A stretch of DNA of 64,000 bases from Centroscyllium fabricii (lineage: Eukaryota). How positions within the stretch are numbered: position 1 is the stretch's first letter; each line of letters opens with the position of its first letter. The position numbers and the translations under genes are program-made. The stretch is taken from contig JBNRSN020000007.1 in assembly GCA_051313645.2 (NCBI GenBank), forward strand, positions 6,386,001 through 6,450,000. The letters are read 5' to 3'. Positions 52,400 through 63,043 of the stretch are shown one piece after another. The notes beneath the pieces were generated by a model. That model saw only the letters and a program-made list of their open reading frames with translations. It was not told where the DNA came from and ran no database searches.

Positions 52400-52872
52400 G
52401 ATGTAATGTACAGCACAGAAACAGGCCCTTTGGCCCAACTGGTCCGTGCCGATATTTCTGCTCCACACCAGCCTCCTCCCGCCCCTCTTCATCTCACCCC
52501 ATCAGCATATCCTTCTAATCCTTTCTCCCTCATGTGTTTATCCAGCTTCCCCTTAAATGTATCGATACTATTCACCTCAACCACGCCCTGTGGGAGCGAG
52601 TTCCACATTCTCACCCCTCTCTGGGTGAAGAAGTTTCTCCTGAATTCCCCATTGGATTTATTAGTGACTGTCTTATATTGACGGCCCCGAGTTCTGGCCT
52701 CCCCACAAGTGGAAACATCTTCTCTACGTCTACCCTATCGAACCCTTCATGATTTGACTGACCTCGATCAGGTCCCCGCTCATCATTCTCTTTTCTAGAG
52801 AAAAGAGCCCCAGCCCGTTCAACCTTTCCTGATAGTTAGAACCTCTCAGTTCTGGCATCATCCTTGTGAATC
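52400..52872 (-). mobile_element. CR1 3' fragment
   Basis: Reverse complement of the RNFFTQRGVRMWNSLP coding region and tail. Confidence 0.75.
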
Positions 52873-53043
52873 TAAGTTACATCGTGAATGTGCGCACCTC
52901 ACACTCCCTCATCTCAAGAAAATTATGCTTGAAGTAATGAATGGAATAAGATGGGAATTGGTTTTCTGGCTTGCCATTGCAGAGGGTTGAGACTTTTTGT
53001 GGGAGTGAGTGTCGAAACATCCGCCCTGTACCATTAGTTAATA

Positions 53044-53399
53044 ATGATGTGGAGGTGCCGGTGTTGGACTGGGGTGGACAAATGTAAGAATTCACACAAC
53101 ACCAGGTTTTGTCCAACAGTTTTATTTGAAATCACAAGCTTTCGGAGCGCTGCTGCTTCGTCAGGTGAAAGAGAAGCTGATCCAAAGACAAATATGTTAA
53201 AATATGTTAAAACACCTTTGTCTGCTCTGTTTGTCTCTTTACTGGAGTGAGATGTGGGGGATCAGATTTCTCTCTCCCTTGTATATGTGCTGTCTTTAAG
53301 TCAGCTTCTCTTTCACCTGAGGAAGGAGCAGCGCTCCGAAAGCTTGTGATTTCAAATAAAACTGTTGGCCTATAACCTGGTGTTGTGTGACTTCTTGCA
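53044..53399. mobile_element. Penelope family A inverted pLTR pair
   Basis: Hammerheads at 53132-53168 (-) and 53313-53349 (+, intact core); no clear TSD. Confidence 0.85.
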
Positions 53400-54102
53400 T
53401 TTTTTGGAAAGTTGTGTGTGTAACCCGTGCTTGGTGTGTTTGTGCAACATGTTTCTTTTGTTTTGAACACATGTTTATCATTCCCTGTCGAAGCTTATAA
53501 CTTCTCTTTATTAAAATAAAAATAATTTCCAGAGGAACCGCCGATGTGACGCAGAGCCTTATTATCCACATTTTAATGAGATTTGGTTAAATGAAATGCT
53601 GCAGCAGTTAAGGGCGGGCAATCAACTTTTATTAACCTCTGAGGTTTCAAGATGCCGTGAAGTGGAACACACTCAGGATTTAATACATGGAAACAGGGTT
53701 ATAAATGGGGGAATCGCAGTCTGTGTTTCTGCGGGTTAACCTGTAGCCGACTCGTCTGTTGTCCCTGGACACATGTGGTCAGCTGTTGGGACTCACATAT
53801 GGCCAAATGATCAAAGGCTGAACTTCTGTCTAATTGTACTCCTGCTGCTTGGTTACTCTATCCACCATCAAGGTCTCAGCAGGTGATGGGGGCGGGCGGG
53901 GGGCATTCCTATAGCTTGAATGGAGAATGAGCCAGAGAGAGAGAGAGCGAGAGAGAGGCCCAGGCTGAAGAAGAAGAGAAAAGAACAAACTTAAGAGAGA
54001 GAGAGAGAGAGAGTTGAAAGTACATCAGCCTGACCCTGGGAATCCTGAGACAGTGTCCTGTCTGGCAGGTTTCTGTTTTTCTGACAGCGAACTACTGCAG
54101 AG

Positions 54103-54308
54103 GCTGGAAATCCGAAATATCAACAGAAAATGCTGGAAAACCTCAGCAGGCCAGGCAGCATCGGTGGACAGAAATATAGAGTCGACGTTTCGGGTTCGAT
54201 CCCTTTGTCAAGACTAGGGTCCTAACCCGAAACGTCGACTCTATATTTCTCTCCACGGATGTTGCCGGGCCTGATGAGTTTTTCCAGCATTTTCTGTTGA
54301 TATTTCTG
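54103..54308. mobile_element. Penelope family B inverted pLTR pair
   Basis: Arms pair around ~54215; decayed hammerhead AGUC-UUGACAA...GAAA-CGUC-GACU on the minus strand. Confidence 0.75.
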
Positions 54309-54770
54309 TTTGTATGATGCTGCGTGGCTCTGGGCTTGGTGGGATTCTGTGGCCCCCCTGCCCCTTCTGTCGAAAGCCTGGGTGCAAATACAGCACAGTA
54401 GGCATGTTGTTTTTGTTTACTTGGCTTGACAAGATCCTGCTAACTCAAACGGTTTATAGTACTTCTCATGTTTGTGCAAATCATTGAAATGCTTTTCACT
54501 TCTGTTTGTCATTGTTTGCTCAAGGGCCCCCCTCGACAGATGGTTCCTTATTGTCACTCTGATGTCTGCGCCTTGCCATTTGATCAACTCCGGAGACAAA
54601 CGGTGTGAAAGAGAAAATGTCTTCACTCGGATCCTTGAAGGATTGTGGCCAGGATCAGACGCGCCAGTACAGCCAGCACTGTCCATCCAAACCTTCATCT
54701 TTTCATCTCTTCTACATCGCGTTTCCACTCCACTCACACAGGGGAAGAACTGAGCTCTCAATCTTATTAT

Positions 54771-54965
54771 GATAGCAAAATACTGCAGATGCTGGAAATC
54801 TAAAACAACAACAGAAAACGCTGGAAAGACTCAGTAGGCCAGGCAGCATCGGTGGAGAGAGGAGCAGAGTTAACGTTTCAGGTCGACAGCGAAACGTTAA
54901 CTCTGTTTCTCTCTCCACCGATGCTGCCTGGCCTGCTGGGTTTTTCCAGTGTTTTCCGTTGTTAT
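54771..54965. mobile_element. Penelope family B inverted pLTR pair
   Basis: 15-bp TSD TCTCAATCTTATTAT (54756-54770, 54966-54980); GAAACGTTAACTCTG on both strands. Confidence 0.85.
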
Positions 54966-55119
54966 TCTCAATCTTATTATTTGGACTGAAACACAGAAAC
55001 GCAGAAACACAGACTGCGATTCCCACATTTATAACCCCGTTTCCATGTATTAAATCCCGAGTGTGTTCCACTTCACGGCATCTTGAAACCTCAGAGGTTA
55101 ATAAAAGTTGAGTGGAAAG

Positions 55120-55930
55120 GCACAACAACAACTGGCGTTTATATAGCGCCTTTAACATAGTGAAACACCTCAAGGCGCTTCACAGGAGTGATTACCAAAC
55201 AAATATTGACCCCGAGCGATGTAAAAAGATATTAGGGCAGGTGACCAAAAGCTTGGCCACAGAGGTCGGTTTTAAGGAGCATTTTAAAAGAGGAGAGAGA
55301 GGCGGAGAGGTTTAGGGATGGAATTGCCCAGAACAAGGGGGCAGAACCTTAAAATTAGAGCCAGGCCATTCAGGGGTGATGTCATAGAGTCATAGAGTTA
55401 TACAGCACAGAAAGAGGCCCTTCGGCCCATCGCGTCCGCGCCGGCCATCAAGCCCTGTCTATTCTAATCCCATTTTCCAGCACTTGGTCCGTAGCCTTGT
55501 ATGCTCTGGTGTTTCAAGTGCTCATCTCAATGCTTCTTGAATGTTGTGAGGGTTCCCGCCTCTACCACCCTTTCAGGCAGAGAGTTCCAGATTCCAACCA
55601 CCCTCTGGGTGAAAAAGTTCTTCCTCAAATGCCCTCTAAACCTCCCGCCCCTTACCTTGAAACTATGCCCCCTGGTGATGTCAGGAAGCACCTCTTCACA
55701 CAAAGGGAGGTGGAAATCTGGAACTCTCTCCCCCAGAAAGCTGTTGAGGCTGGGGGTCTGGGGGTCAATTGGAAATTTCAATACTGAGATGGAGAGTTTT
55801 GTTGTTGGGTGAGGACATTAAGGGTTACGGAACCAAGGTGGGCGGATGGAGTTAGATCACTGATCAGCCCTGATCTCATTGAACGGTGGAACAGGCACGA
55901 GGGGCCGAATGGCCTCCTCCTGTTCCGATC
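55120..55930. mobile_element. Cluster of L2 (-) and nested CR1 (+ and -) 3' fragments
   Basis: L2 tail 55120-55325; CR1(+) GGGGTGATGTCA...GGTGATGTCAGG split by CR1(-) ~55385-55670. Confidence 0.65.
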
Positions 55931-56371
55931 TTCCACACACCGGGTACATTTGCTAAACCGATCGTGATTTTCTCTGAATTCAGTTTGAGTAAAGAGCCAC
56001 ACAGTGTGATTTTCGTTCCGTCTGATTGAACATGGAATGAAGCCAAAATAACAGCCTTCATTTAAATGTGGCTGAAAAATATTCCCTGACAGCAGGAAGC
56101 GACGCAGAGCTTTAGAGAGAGGGGCCACTCCATCTTTCTCACATTGCCTGAGCAGTGAAACTATCCCACTGTCAGCCTAATATTTAGAGAAGGCTGTCCC
56201 GCAGTGGACCTCTGAAGCTGACGAGAGGATGGCCTCACTATGGAAACGCATTCGCTCGCTCCATGCTGTGTTACAGATCTTGTGACTGAACCCAGTGGGA
56301 TAACATTCCTTTGAAAGAAAATGATCAGGCAACAAAGAAATGATTGTATTTTAGCTTTCACTATCAGAGGG

Positions 56372-57245
56372 CTACGGGCAGTGCAGTGCTTATGTTACTG
56401 GACTAATAATCCAGAGAACTAGGAGTTCAATCCCAGAATTGGCAATTCAAGAATTTGAATTCCGCTTAAAAATAAATCTGGAAATTAAAAATCTGGTGTC
56501 AGTAAAAGTGACCATGAAGCTGTTGGATTGTTAGAAAAACCCAACTGGTTCACCAATGCCTTTTAGAAAGAAAGACTTGCATTTCTGTAGCGCCTTTCAC
56601 GACCACCGGATGTCCCAAAGCGCTTTACAGCCAATGAAGTACTTTTTGAAGTGTGGTCACTGTTGTATTGTGGGAAACGCGGCAGCCAATTTACGCACAA
56701 CAAGATCCCACAAACAGCAGTGTGATAATGACCAGATCATCTGTTTTAGTGATGTTAATTGAGGGATAAATATTGACCCCAGGACAGCAGAGAACTGTCC
56801 TGCTTTTCTTCGAAATAGTGCAGTGGGATCTTTTACGCCCACCTGAAAGAGCAGACGGGGCCTCGGTTTAACATCTCATCCAAACGACGGCCCCTCCGAC
56901 CGTGCAGCGCTCCCTCAGTACTGCACTGAAATGTCAGCCTGGATTTATTATGCTCAGGTTCCTGAGTGAGACTTGAACCCACGACCTTCTGACTCAGAGG
57001 CAAGCGTGCAGCCCACTGAGCCACAGCTGATACTTTAGGGAAGGAATCCTGTCGTCCTTCCCCGGTCTGGGCCTCTATGTGACTCCAGACCCACACCAAC
57101 GTGGTTGACTCTGGACTGCCCTCTGAAGTGGCAAATTGCTGCAAAATGGAGTTGAAGAAGACGGCTCACCACCACGTCCTCAGAGCAATGCCAGATAGGC
57201 AATAAATGCCGGCATTGCCAGCCATGCCCACACCCCAGAATGAAT
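56372..57245 (+). mobile_element. LF-SINE-like element with a full-length Deu-SINE (-) inserted at ~56566-57030
   Basis: tRNA-like head, AACCCAACTGGTTCAC core, GGCAATAAATG...GAATGAAT tail; TTTAG flanks the insertion on both sides. Confidence 0.7.
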
Positions 57246-58186
57246 TCGGAAAGAATGTAGTTTTACAAAAAACAATGCACTTATAAATGGCCCTGACATT
57301 AGGATCCATCATCACCCAGTGGTACTGTGCATATTTATAGATATTATTCACTGTCAGAGGTGCCGTCTTTCGGATGAGACGTTAAACCGAGGCCCCGTCT
57401 GCTCACTCGGGCGGACGTAAAAGATCCCACGGCCATTATTTTGAAGAAAAGCAGGGGGAGTTCTCCCCGGTGTCCTGGGTTCAATATTTATCGCTTAATC
57501 AACATCTGAAGGCCACGAGTTACTCCAGCTTTTTTCGAGGGCATCTGAAGGCAACGTTGCCCACAGAATCATGGAAAAAAATGATCCTTTTTCAATTGGA
57601 AATTTTGGGTGCAACTCATTCCTGGGCATTATGCTAAGAGCCCTTTTCCCTCAGCATCGGAGATTTCGGATCCGTGGGCATCTCGGATCCGTGGGCATTT
57701 TTTGTGGGCATCGCCGTGGGCATCTGCTTTAGGCATCGGAATTTCTGGCCCAATTATCTGGTCATTTATCTCATTGCTGTTTGTGGGAGCTTGCTGTGCT
57801 CAAATTGACTGCCGCATTTCCTACATCGCAACAGTGACTCCACTTCAAAAAGTACTGCATTGGCTCTGAATTGTTTTGGGACATCATGAGGTTGTGAAGG
57901 CGCTACAGAAATGTAAGTTCTTTCTTTTTATTATGGTAGACTGCATGAGAAATGCCAATGATACTGTGGGGTCAAAGTTCCACAAGGGTTCCAGAAATGC
58001 CAGTTGACATGCCCTGTAAGGGGTGAAACCTCCGCCCCATTACCCGCCGCCACCCTCCCTTTCACAAGGCAACTGTTGGTAGGCATCACAGAGCCGGGGG
58101 TGGGGATTCCCAATGCCTAACGTTCCTGCTGGCCCGGCTCAGTCTGGGCCAGCAGGAACTTCGCTACGCTGAGTGAGTTGAGGTAC

Positions 58187-58504
58187 AACGGCCTCCAGGC
58201 GAAGCCAAGCCTTTCCCAGCAGGGAACGGCCTCCAGGCGAAGCCAAGCCTTTCCCACCAGGGAATGGCCTCCAGTCGGAGCCAAGCCTTTCCCAGCAGGG
58301 AACGGCCTCCAGGCGAAGCCAAGCCTTTCCCAGCAGGGAATGGCCTCCAGGTGAAGCCAAGCCTTTCCCACCAGGGAACGGCCTCCAGTCGGAGCCAAGT
58401 GTTTCCCACCAGGGAATGGCCTCCAGTCGGAGCCAAGTGTTTCCCACCAGGGAACGGCCTCCAGTCGGAGCCAAGCCTTTCCCACCAGGGAACGGCCTCC
58501 AGGC
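58187..58504. repeat. 38-bp minisatellite, ~8 copies
   Basis: AACGGCCTCCAGGCGAAGCCAAGCCTTTCCCAGCAGGG at 58187, 58225, 58263, 58301 and onward. Confidence 0.92.
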
Positions 58505-58543
58505 AGAGGAAGCAGCTCGGATGCTTCACCCCTTACAGCACGA

Positions 58544-58744
58544 AGTCACACAACACCAGGTTATTGTCCAACAGTTTTATTTTAAATCACAAGCTTTCAG
58601 AGCGCTGCTCCTTCCTCAGGTGAAGTGTCGAGATTCATTTAAACATAGCATATATAGAGAGAGATAACAATGTGGTCTCTCCAACTGTTTCACATCACAC
58701 CTCAGCTGAGGGACATCAAACCAACACCGGCACCTCCACATCAT
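58544..58744. mobile_element. Penelope family A: long tailless arm (-) joined to only 24 bp of tail (+)
   Basis: TSD CCCTTACAGCACGA / CCCTTACAACACGA (58530-58543, 58745-58758). Confidence 0.8.
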
Positions 58745-59316
58745 CCCTTACAACACGACATGGAACTCCTGGAAGCCGTGGAGAACCAGTACAACAGGGC
58801 ATCTGGCATTTTCTGGGCTGTTTTTCTGGAATCTCAGCGGGACTTTGGCCCCACAATGTCAACTGACTTTTCTCATCCAGTGCAGCATAACAATAAAAAA
58901 GAAAGACGTACATTTCTACAACACTTTTCACAATCTCAAGATGTCCCTAAGCACTTCACAGCCAATGAAGTACTTTTTTTTGGAAGTGTGGTCACTGTTG
59001 TAATGTAGGGAAATGCAGCAGCCAATTTGTGCACAGCAAGCTCCCACGCACAGCAATGAGATAATGACCCAAAAAAATAAATGTCAAAATCTTTCCCCTT
59101 AAACTGGCAGAGAGTCAATGGTAGGTCTCTGGGCAACCCACCCCCTCCTCTCAAGGCAGGGTGGGTGCCTGATTTTCAGGCCTCGTTGGGTAAATGGGTA
59201 CCCGAGATGGTCATCTGCACCACCCACACGGGTGCCCTTCCACCTTTGACCCCGCAAAATCCGCTGGGATCAGTGGGTGAGGTCGCTGGCGGGCGTGATC
59301 CCAGCATAACCATTGG

Positions 59317-59757
59317 GATAGCAAAATACTGCAGATGCTGGAAATCCGAAATAACAACAGAAAATGCTGGAAAAACTCAGCAGGCCAGGCAACATCCGTG
59401 GAGAGAAATATAGAGTCGACGTTTGGGTTTAAATCCTTTGTCAAGACTGAAGCCAGGAAATGAAAGATGTTGGAAGGCCGGGGGGACTGGGAGGGAACAG
59501 AAAACAAAGGGAAGTGAGAACAAAGAGAAAAGCCGTTAAGAGGTATTCAATGCTGATGCGGCTGTGGACAGGAGACAGCTGTAGATTAGGTGTGAAAAGC
59601 ACTGGCAGAATGGGAGGGGGCTGCTGCAAGAGAGAGAGAAGAAATAAAAGGGGCGTGGATAAAAATAATGGGGGCCGAAGTTATGATCTGAAATTGTTGA
59701 ACTCGATATTGAGTCCGGCGGGCTGTAAAGTGTCGAATCGGAAGATGAGGTGTTGGT
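59317..59757 (-). mobile_element. Penelope family B 3' end
   Basis: pLTR plus upstream HLIFRFDTLQPAGLNIEFN, a typical PLE GIY-YIG C-terminus. Confidence 0.75.
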
Positions 59758-60101
59758 GCCCCCAGGGATATCTCAGACCCTGTATCTATAAGAAGAAGCC
59801 AGCATTGCTCAAACTGGTCCAGATGTTGATGGCACCTTCGAACGGGCTTTTAAATAATCATTATTTTAGCTGAGTTTGTTCTCTGAAGGTTGTGAAATAC
59901 AAGGGGGAGTGGATGGGGCATTTAAATCTACATTAAGCTCACATCTGTTGTCTGTTTTACTTGCTGAAGGAAACGTGGCTGGGGGTTGGGCCACGGGATG
60001 CTCCTTTGATCTGTGCCCATGGAATCATACTCCAACCTTCAGGAGGCTTGGAAATGACAAATGCACAAAGGGCCAACAAGACAACAATGGGACTTCATGG
60101 T

Positions 60102-60517
60102 GGCGGCACGGTGGCACAGTGGTTAGCACTGCTGTCTCACAGCACTGGAGACCCGGGTTCAAATCCAGCCTCGGGTACTATCTGTGTGGAGTTTGCACAT
60201 TCTCCCCATGTCTGCGTGGGTTTCCTCCGGGTGCTCCGGTTTCCTCCCACAGTCCAAAGATGTGTGGGTTAGGTTGATTGGCCAGGATAAATTGACGATT
60301 AGTGTTAGGGGGATTAAAATGTGTGGGGTTACGGGGGTGGGGTGGGATGTATGTCGGTGCAGGCTCGATGGGGATCGAGGGATATGGGGAGGGGGCAGGG
60401 GTGGGGTGCTGGGTTTGGATGATCAGCCATGATCTCATTGAATGGCGGAGCAGGCTCGAAGGGCCGAATGGCCTACTCCTGCTCCTAGTTTCTATGTTTC
60501 TATGTTTCTATGTTTCT
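60102..60517 (+). mobile_element. HE1 / V-SINE
   Basis: Same structure as the other copies. Confidence 0.9.
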
Positions 60518-60639
60518 GCCTGGGAGTAGAATTCCTGGTGTTTGGGAATCAGCTGGAAAACTGTGGATAGTGCACTCCCAAAGTTTCCATTCCCACTGCC
60601 TTGGAGTGAGATTCCTCACCAGCAGCATGCACGTTTAAA

Positions 60640-61060
60640 AATGTAATTCTGGGGATGTGGGCCAGGCCAGCATTGATTGTCCATCCCGAGTTGCCTTGAG
60701 AAGGTTGTGGTGGGCCTCCTTCTTGGACAGCTGCAGTCCTTATTCTGTTTGATACGACTGAGGGTCTTGCTTTGGCCACTTCAGAGGGCAGTTAAGTGTC
60801 AACCGCATCAGCGTGGGACTGGAGTCATTTACAAGACAGACCGGGTAAGGAGGGCAGGTTTCCTTCCTGGCAGGGTGTCAGTGAACCACTTGGGTGTTTA
60901 CCACAATCCGACAGATTCATGGTCACTTTTACCGAGACCAGATTTTATTTTCCAAGTTATTTTTAAACTGAATTCAAATTCTCAAACTGCCCATGGTGCG
61001 ATTTAGAATTCACGCTCTCTGGATTATTAGCCCAGTAACATAACTGGTAGACTGCTGTAC
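60640..61060 (-). mobile_element. LF-SINE-like element
   Basis: Reverse complement of the 56372-57245 family. Confidence 0.6.
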
Positions 61061-61242
61061 TTGCAATTGTCATCTCTTAACCTAAAGATGAGATGTTCAG
61101 TTCAATACACGGGTGTTAGTGCAGACACACTCAGCCAGTCTGCCGCTGAAGAGGTGAACGTGAAGTTGGAGGAGAGACCATTTTATGAAGCCTGCTTGCC
61201 GTGCCAGTCATGGAAGCAGTTCAGAGAAGGTTTCCTAGACTA

Positions 61243-61955
61243 ATACCTGGAATGGGCGGGTTGTCTTATGAGGAAAGGTTGGACAAGCTGGGCTTGTATC
61301 CGCTGGAGTTTAGAAGAGTGAGAGGCGACTGGATTGAAACATAGAAGATCCTGAGGGGTCTGGACAGGGTGGATGGGGAGAGGATGTTTCCTCTTGTGGG
61401 GGAATCTAGAACTAGGGGTCACTGTTTAAAAATAAAGGTCATGATGTGGAGGTGCCGGTGTTGGACTGGGGTGGACAAATGCAAGAAGTCACACAACACC
61501 AGGTTATAGTCCAACGGTTTTATTTTAAATCACAAGCTTTCGGAGCACTGCTCCTTCGTCAGGTGAAAGTCTCTCTTTCACCTGAGGAAGGGGCAGACGC
61601 TCCGAAAGCTTGTGATTTAAAATAAAACTGTTGGACTATAATCTGGTGTTGTGTGACTTCTTAAAAATAAAGGGTCGCCCATTTAAGACCGAGATGAGGA
61701 GAATTTTTTCTCCGAGGGTGGTGAGTCTCTGGAACTCTCTTCCTCCGAGGGTGGGGGAAGCAGAGTCTGTGAATATTTTTAAGGCCGAGGTCGATCGATT
61801 CTTGGTAAGCAAGGGGGTGAAAAGTTATCAGGGGTAGGCGGGAATGTGGAGTAATCGGATCAGACATGATCTTATTGAATGACGGAGCAGGCTCGAGGGG
61901 CCGAGTGGCCGACTCCTGCTCCTAATCCGTATGTTGGTGTGTATGTATGTTCGTA
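61243..61955 (+). mobile_element. CR1 3' end split by a Penelope inverted pair at 61441-61660
   Basis: TSD TTAAAAATAAAG(G)GTC (61426-61440, 61661-61676); hammerheads at 61530-61566 (-) and 61578-61615 (+). Confidence 0.88.
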
Positions 61956-62560
61956 TACAATACACCAATGCACACAACTGTTGCTGGCTGTGTCAACTGT
62001 TGCGTTTTTGGCCCATTTAGATGTCCGCTTTGTGCCACCAAGGCAGAAATGTGTTCGTTATAAAGGGTTCAGACACATACTGTCATAGATGGAATTCTCC
62101 TTTGAGGATTCCATCTTTAAATTCTATGTCTGTTCTCTGTTTAATTCATTATACCTCATTTTCCAGTAAATACAGCTAATTGTACCTCGTTTATTGTTTA
62201 GTGCAATTAAGGGGACTGAGCTAATTAATCAGTTTGGCTTGAGCTGTATTTAAGCTTTGGGTTGGCAACAGGAGATTGCCGGATCGTTATCTACTACTAG
62301 GAAACAGATGTGCTGTCCTAGCTCCGTGGAGGCAGTCTTATGTGGGGAGTTACCCTGCTTGTAGAAGAGATGGATTCTCCTGCTGAAGGCTCTGTTGGAG
62401 TTAGTCTCCTCGGGGAAGCGGACCCTGGAGAATTCCTGTTTCTACATTCTGGACATTGCTCTCAATCACCTGTACTCAGGTTTGGACACTAATTCATATT
62501 ACTATGATGCCCCTTCAGTTATGTTGGATGCTCTTGGCTGAGTGTCCTGGGGGTACAGAA

Positions 62561-62958
62561 GAAAGCTTGTTCCAGTTCCTAAAACTCTCTGATGGAAGTA
62601 GTCGTTGTAAAGGGTTCTACTCACAGAGGAAAGCTTGTTCCACTCTGATGAAGTAGTCGTTGTAAAAGGTTCTACTCACAGAAGAAAGCTTGTTCCAGTT
62701 CCTAAAAACTCTCTGATGGAAGTAGTCGTTGTAAAAGGTTCTACTTACAGAAGAAAGCTTGTTCCAGTTCCTAAAACTCTCTGATGGAAGTAGTCGTTGT
62801 AAAAGGTTCTACTCACAGAGGAAAGCTTGTTCCACTCTGATGAAGTAGTCGTTGTAAAAGGTTCTACTCACAGAGGAAAACTTGTTCCAGTTCCTTAGTC
62901 GTTGTAAAAGGTTCTACTCACAGAGGAAAACTTGTTCCAGTTCCTAAAACTCTCTGAT
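62561..62958. repeat. Irregular tandem repeat (~50-70 bp units)
   Basis: GAAAGCTTGTTCCA...CTCTGATG(G)AAGTAGTCGTTGTAAAAGGTTCTACTCACAGAG, about 6 copies. Confidence 0.9.
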
Positions 62959-63043
62959 GCTCTTCGCTGAGTGTCCTGAGGGTTCCAAGTGTATTACGAA
63001 TGTCGTTGATCTCTGTATTGTAATATTTAACTGTATGTATATA

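Noticed and set aside
2563-60180. tRNA genes at SINE heads
   Set aside because: A/B boxes belong to tRNA-derived SINE heads that continue into V or Deu domains; no complete cloverleaf gene is supported.
61061-61243. Possible exon or short ORF
   Set aside because: Weak splice signals and no recognisable homology.
22081-62958. CRISPR-like arrays (33, 38, 76 bp and 62.6-kb repeats)
   Set aside because: Units are head-to-tail without unique spacers, no cas genes are present, and the DNA is vertebrate.
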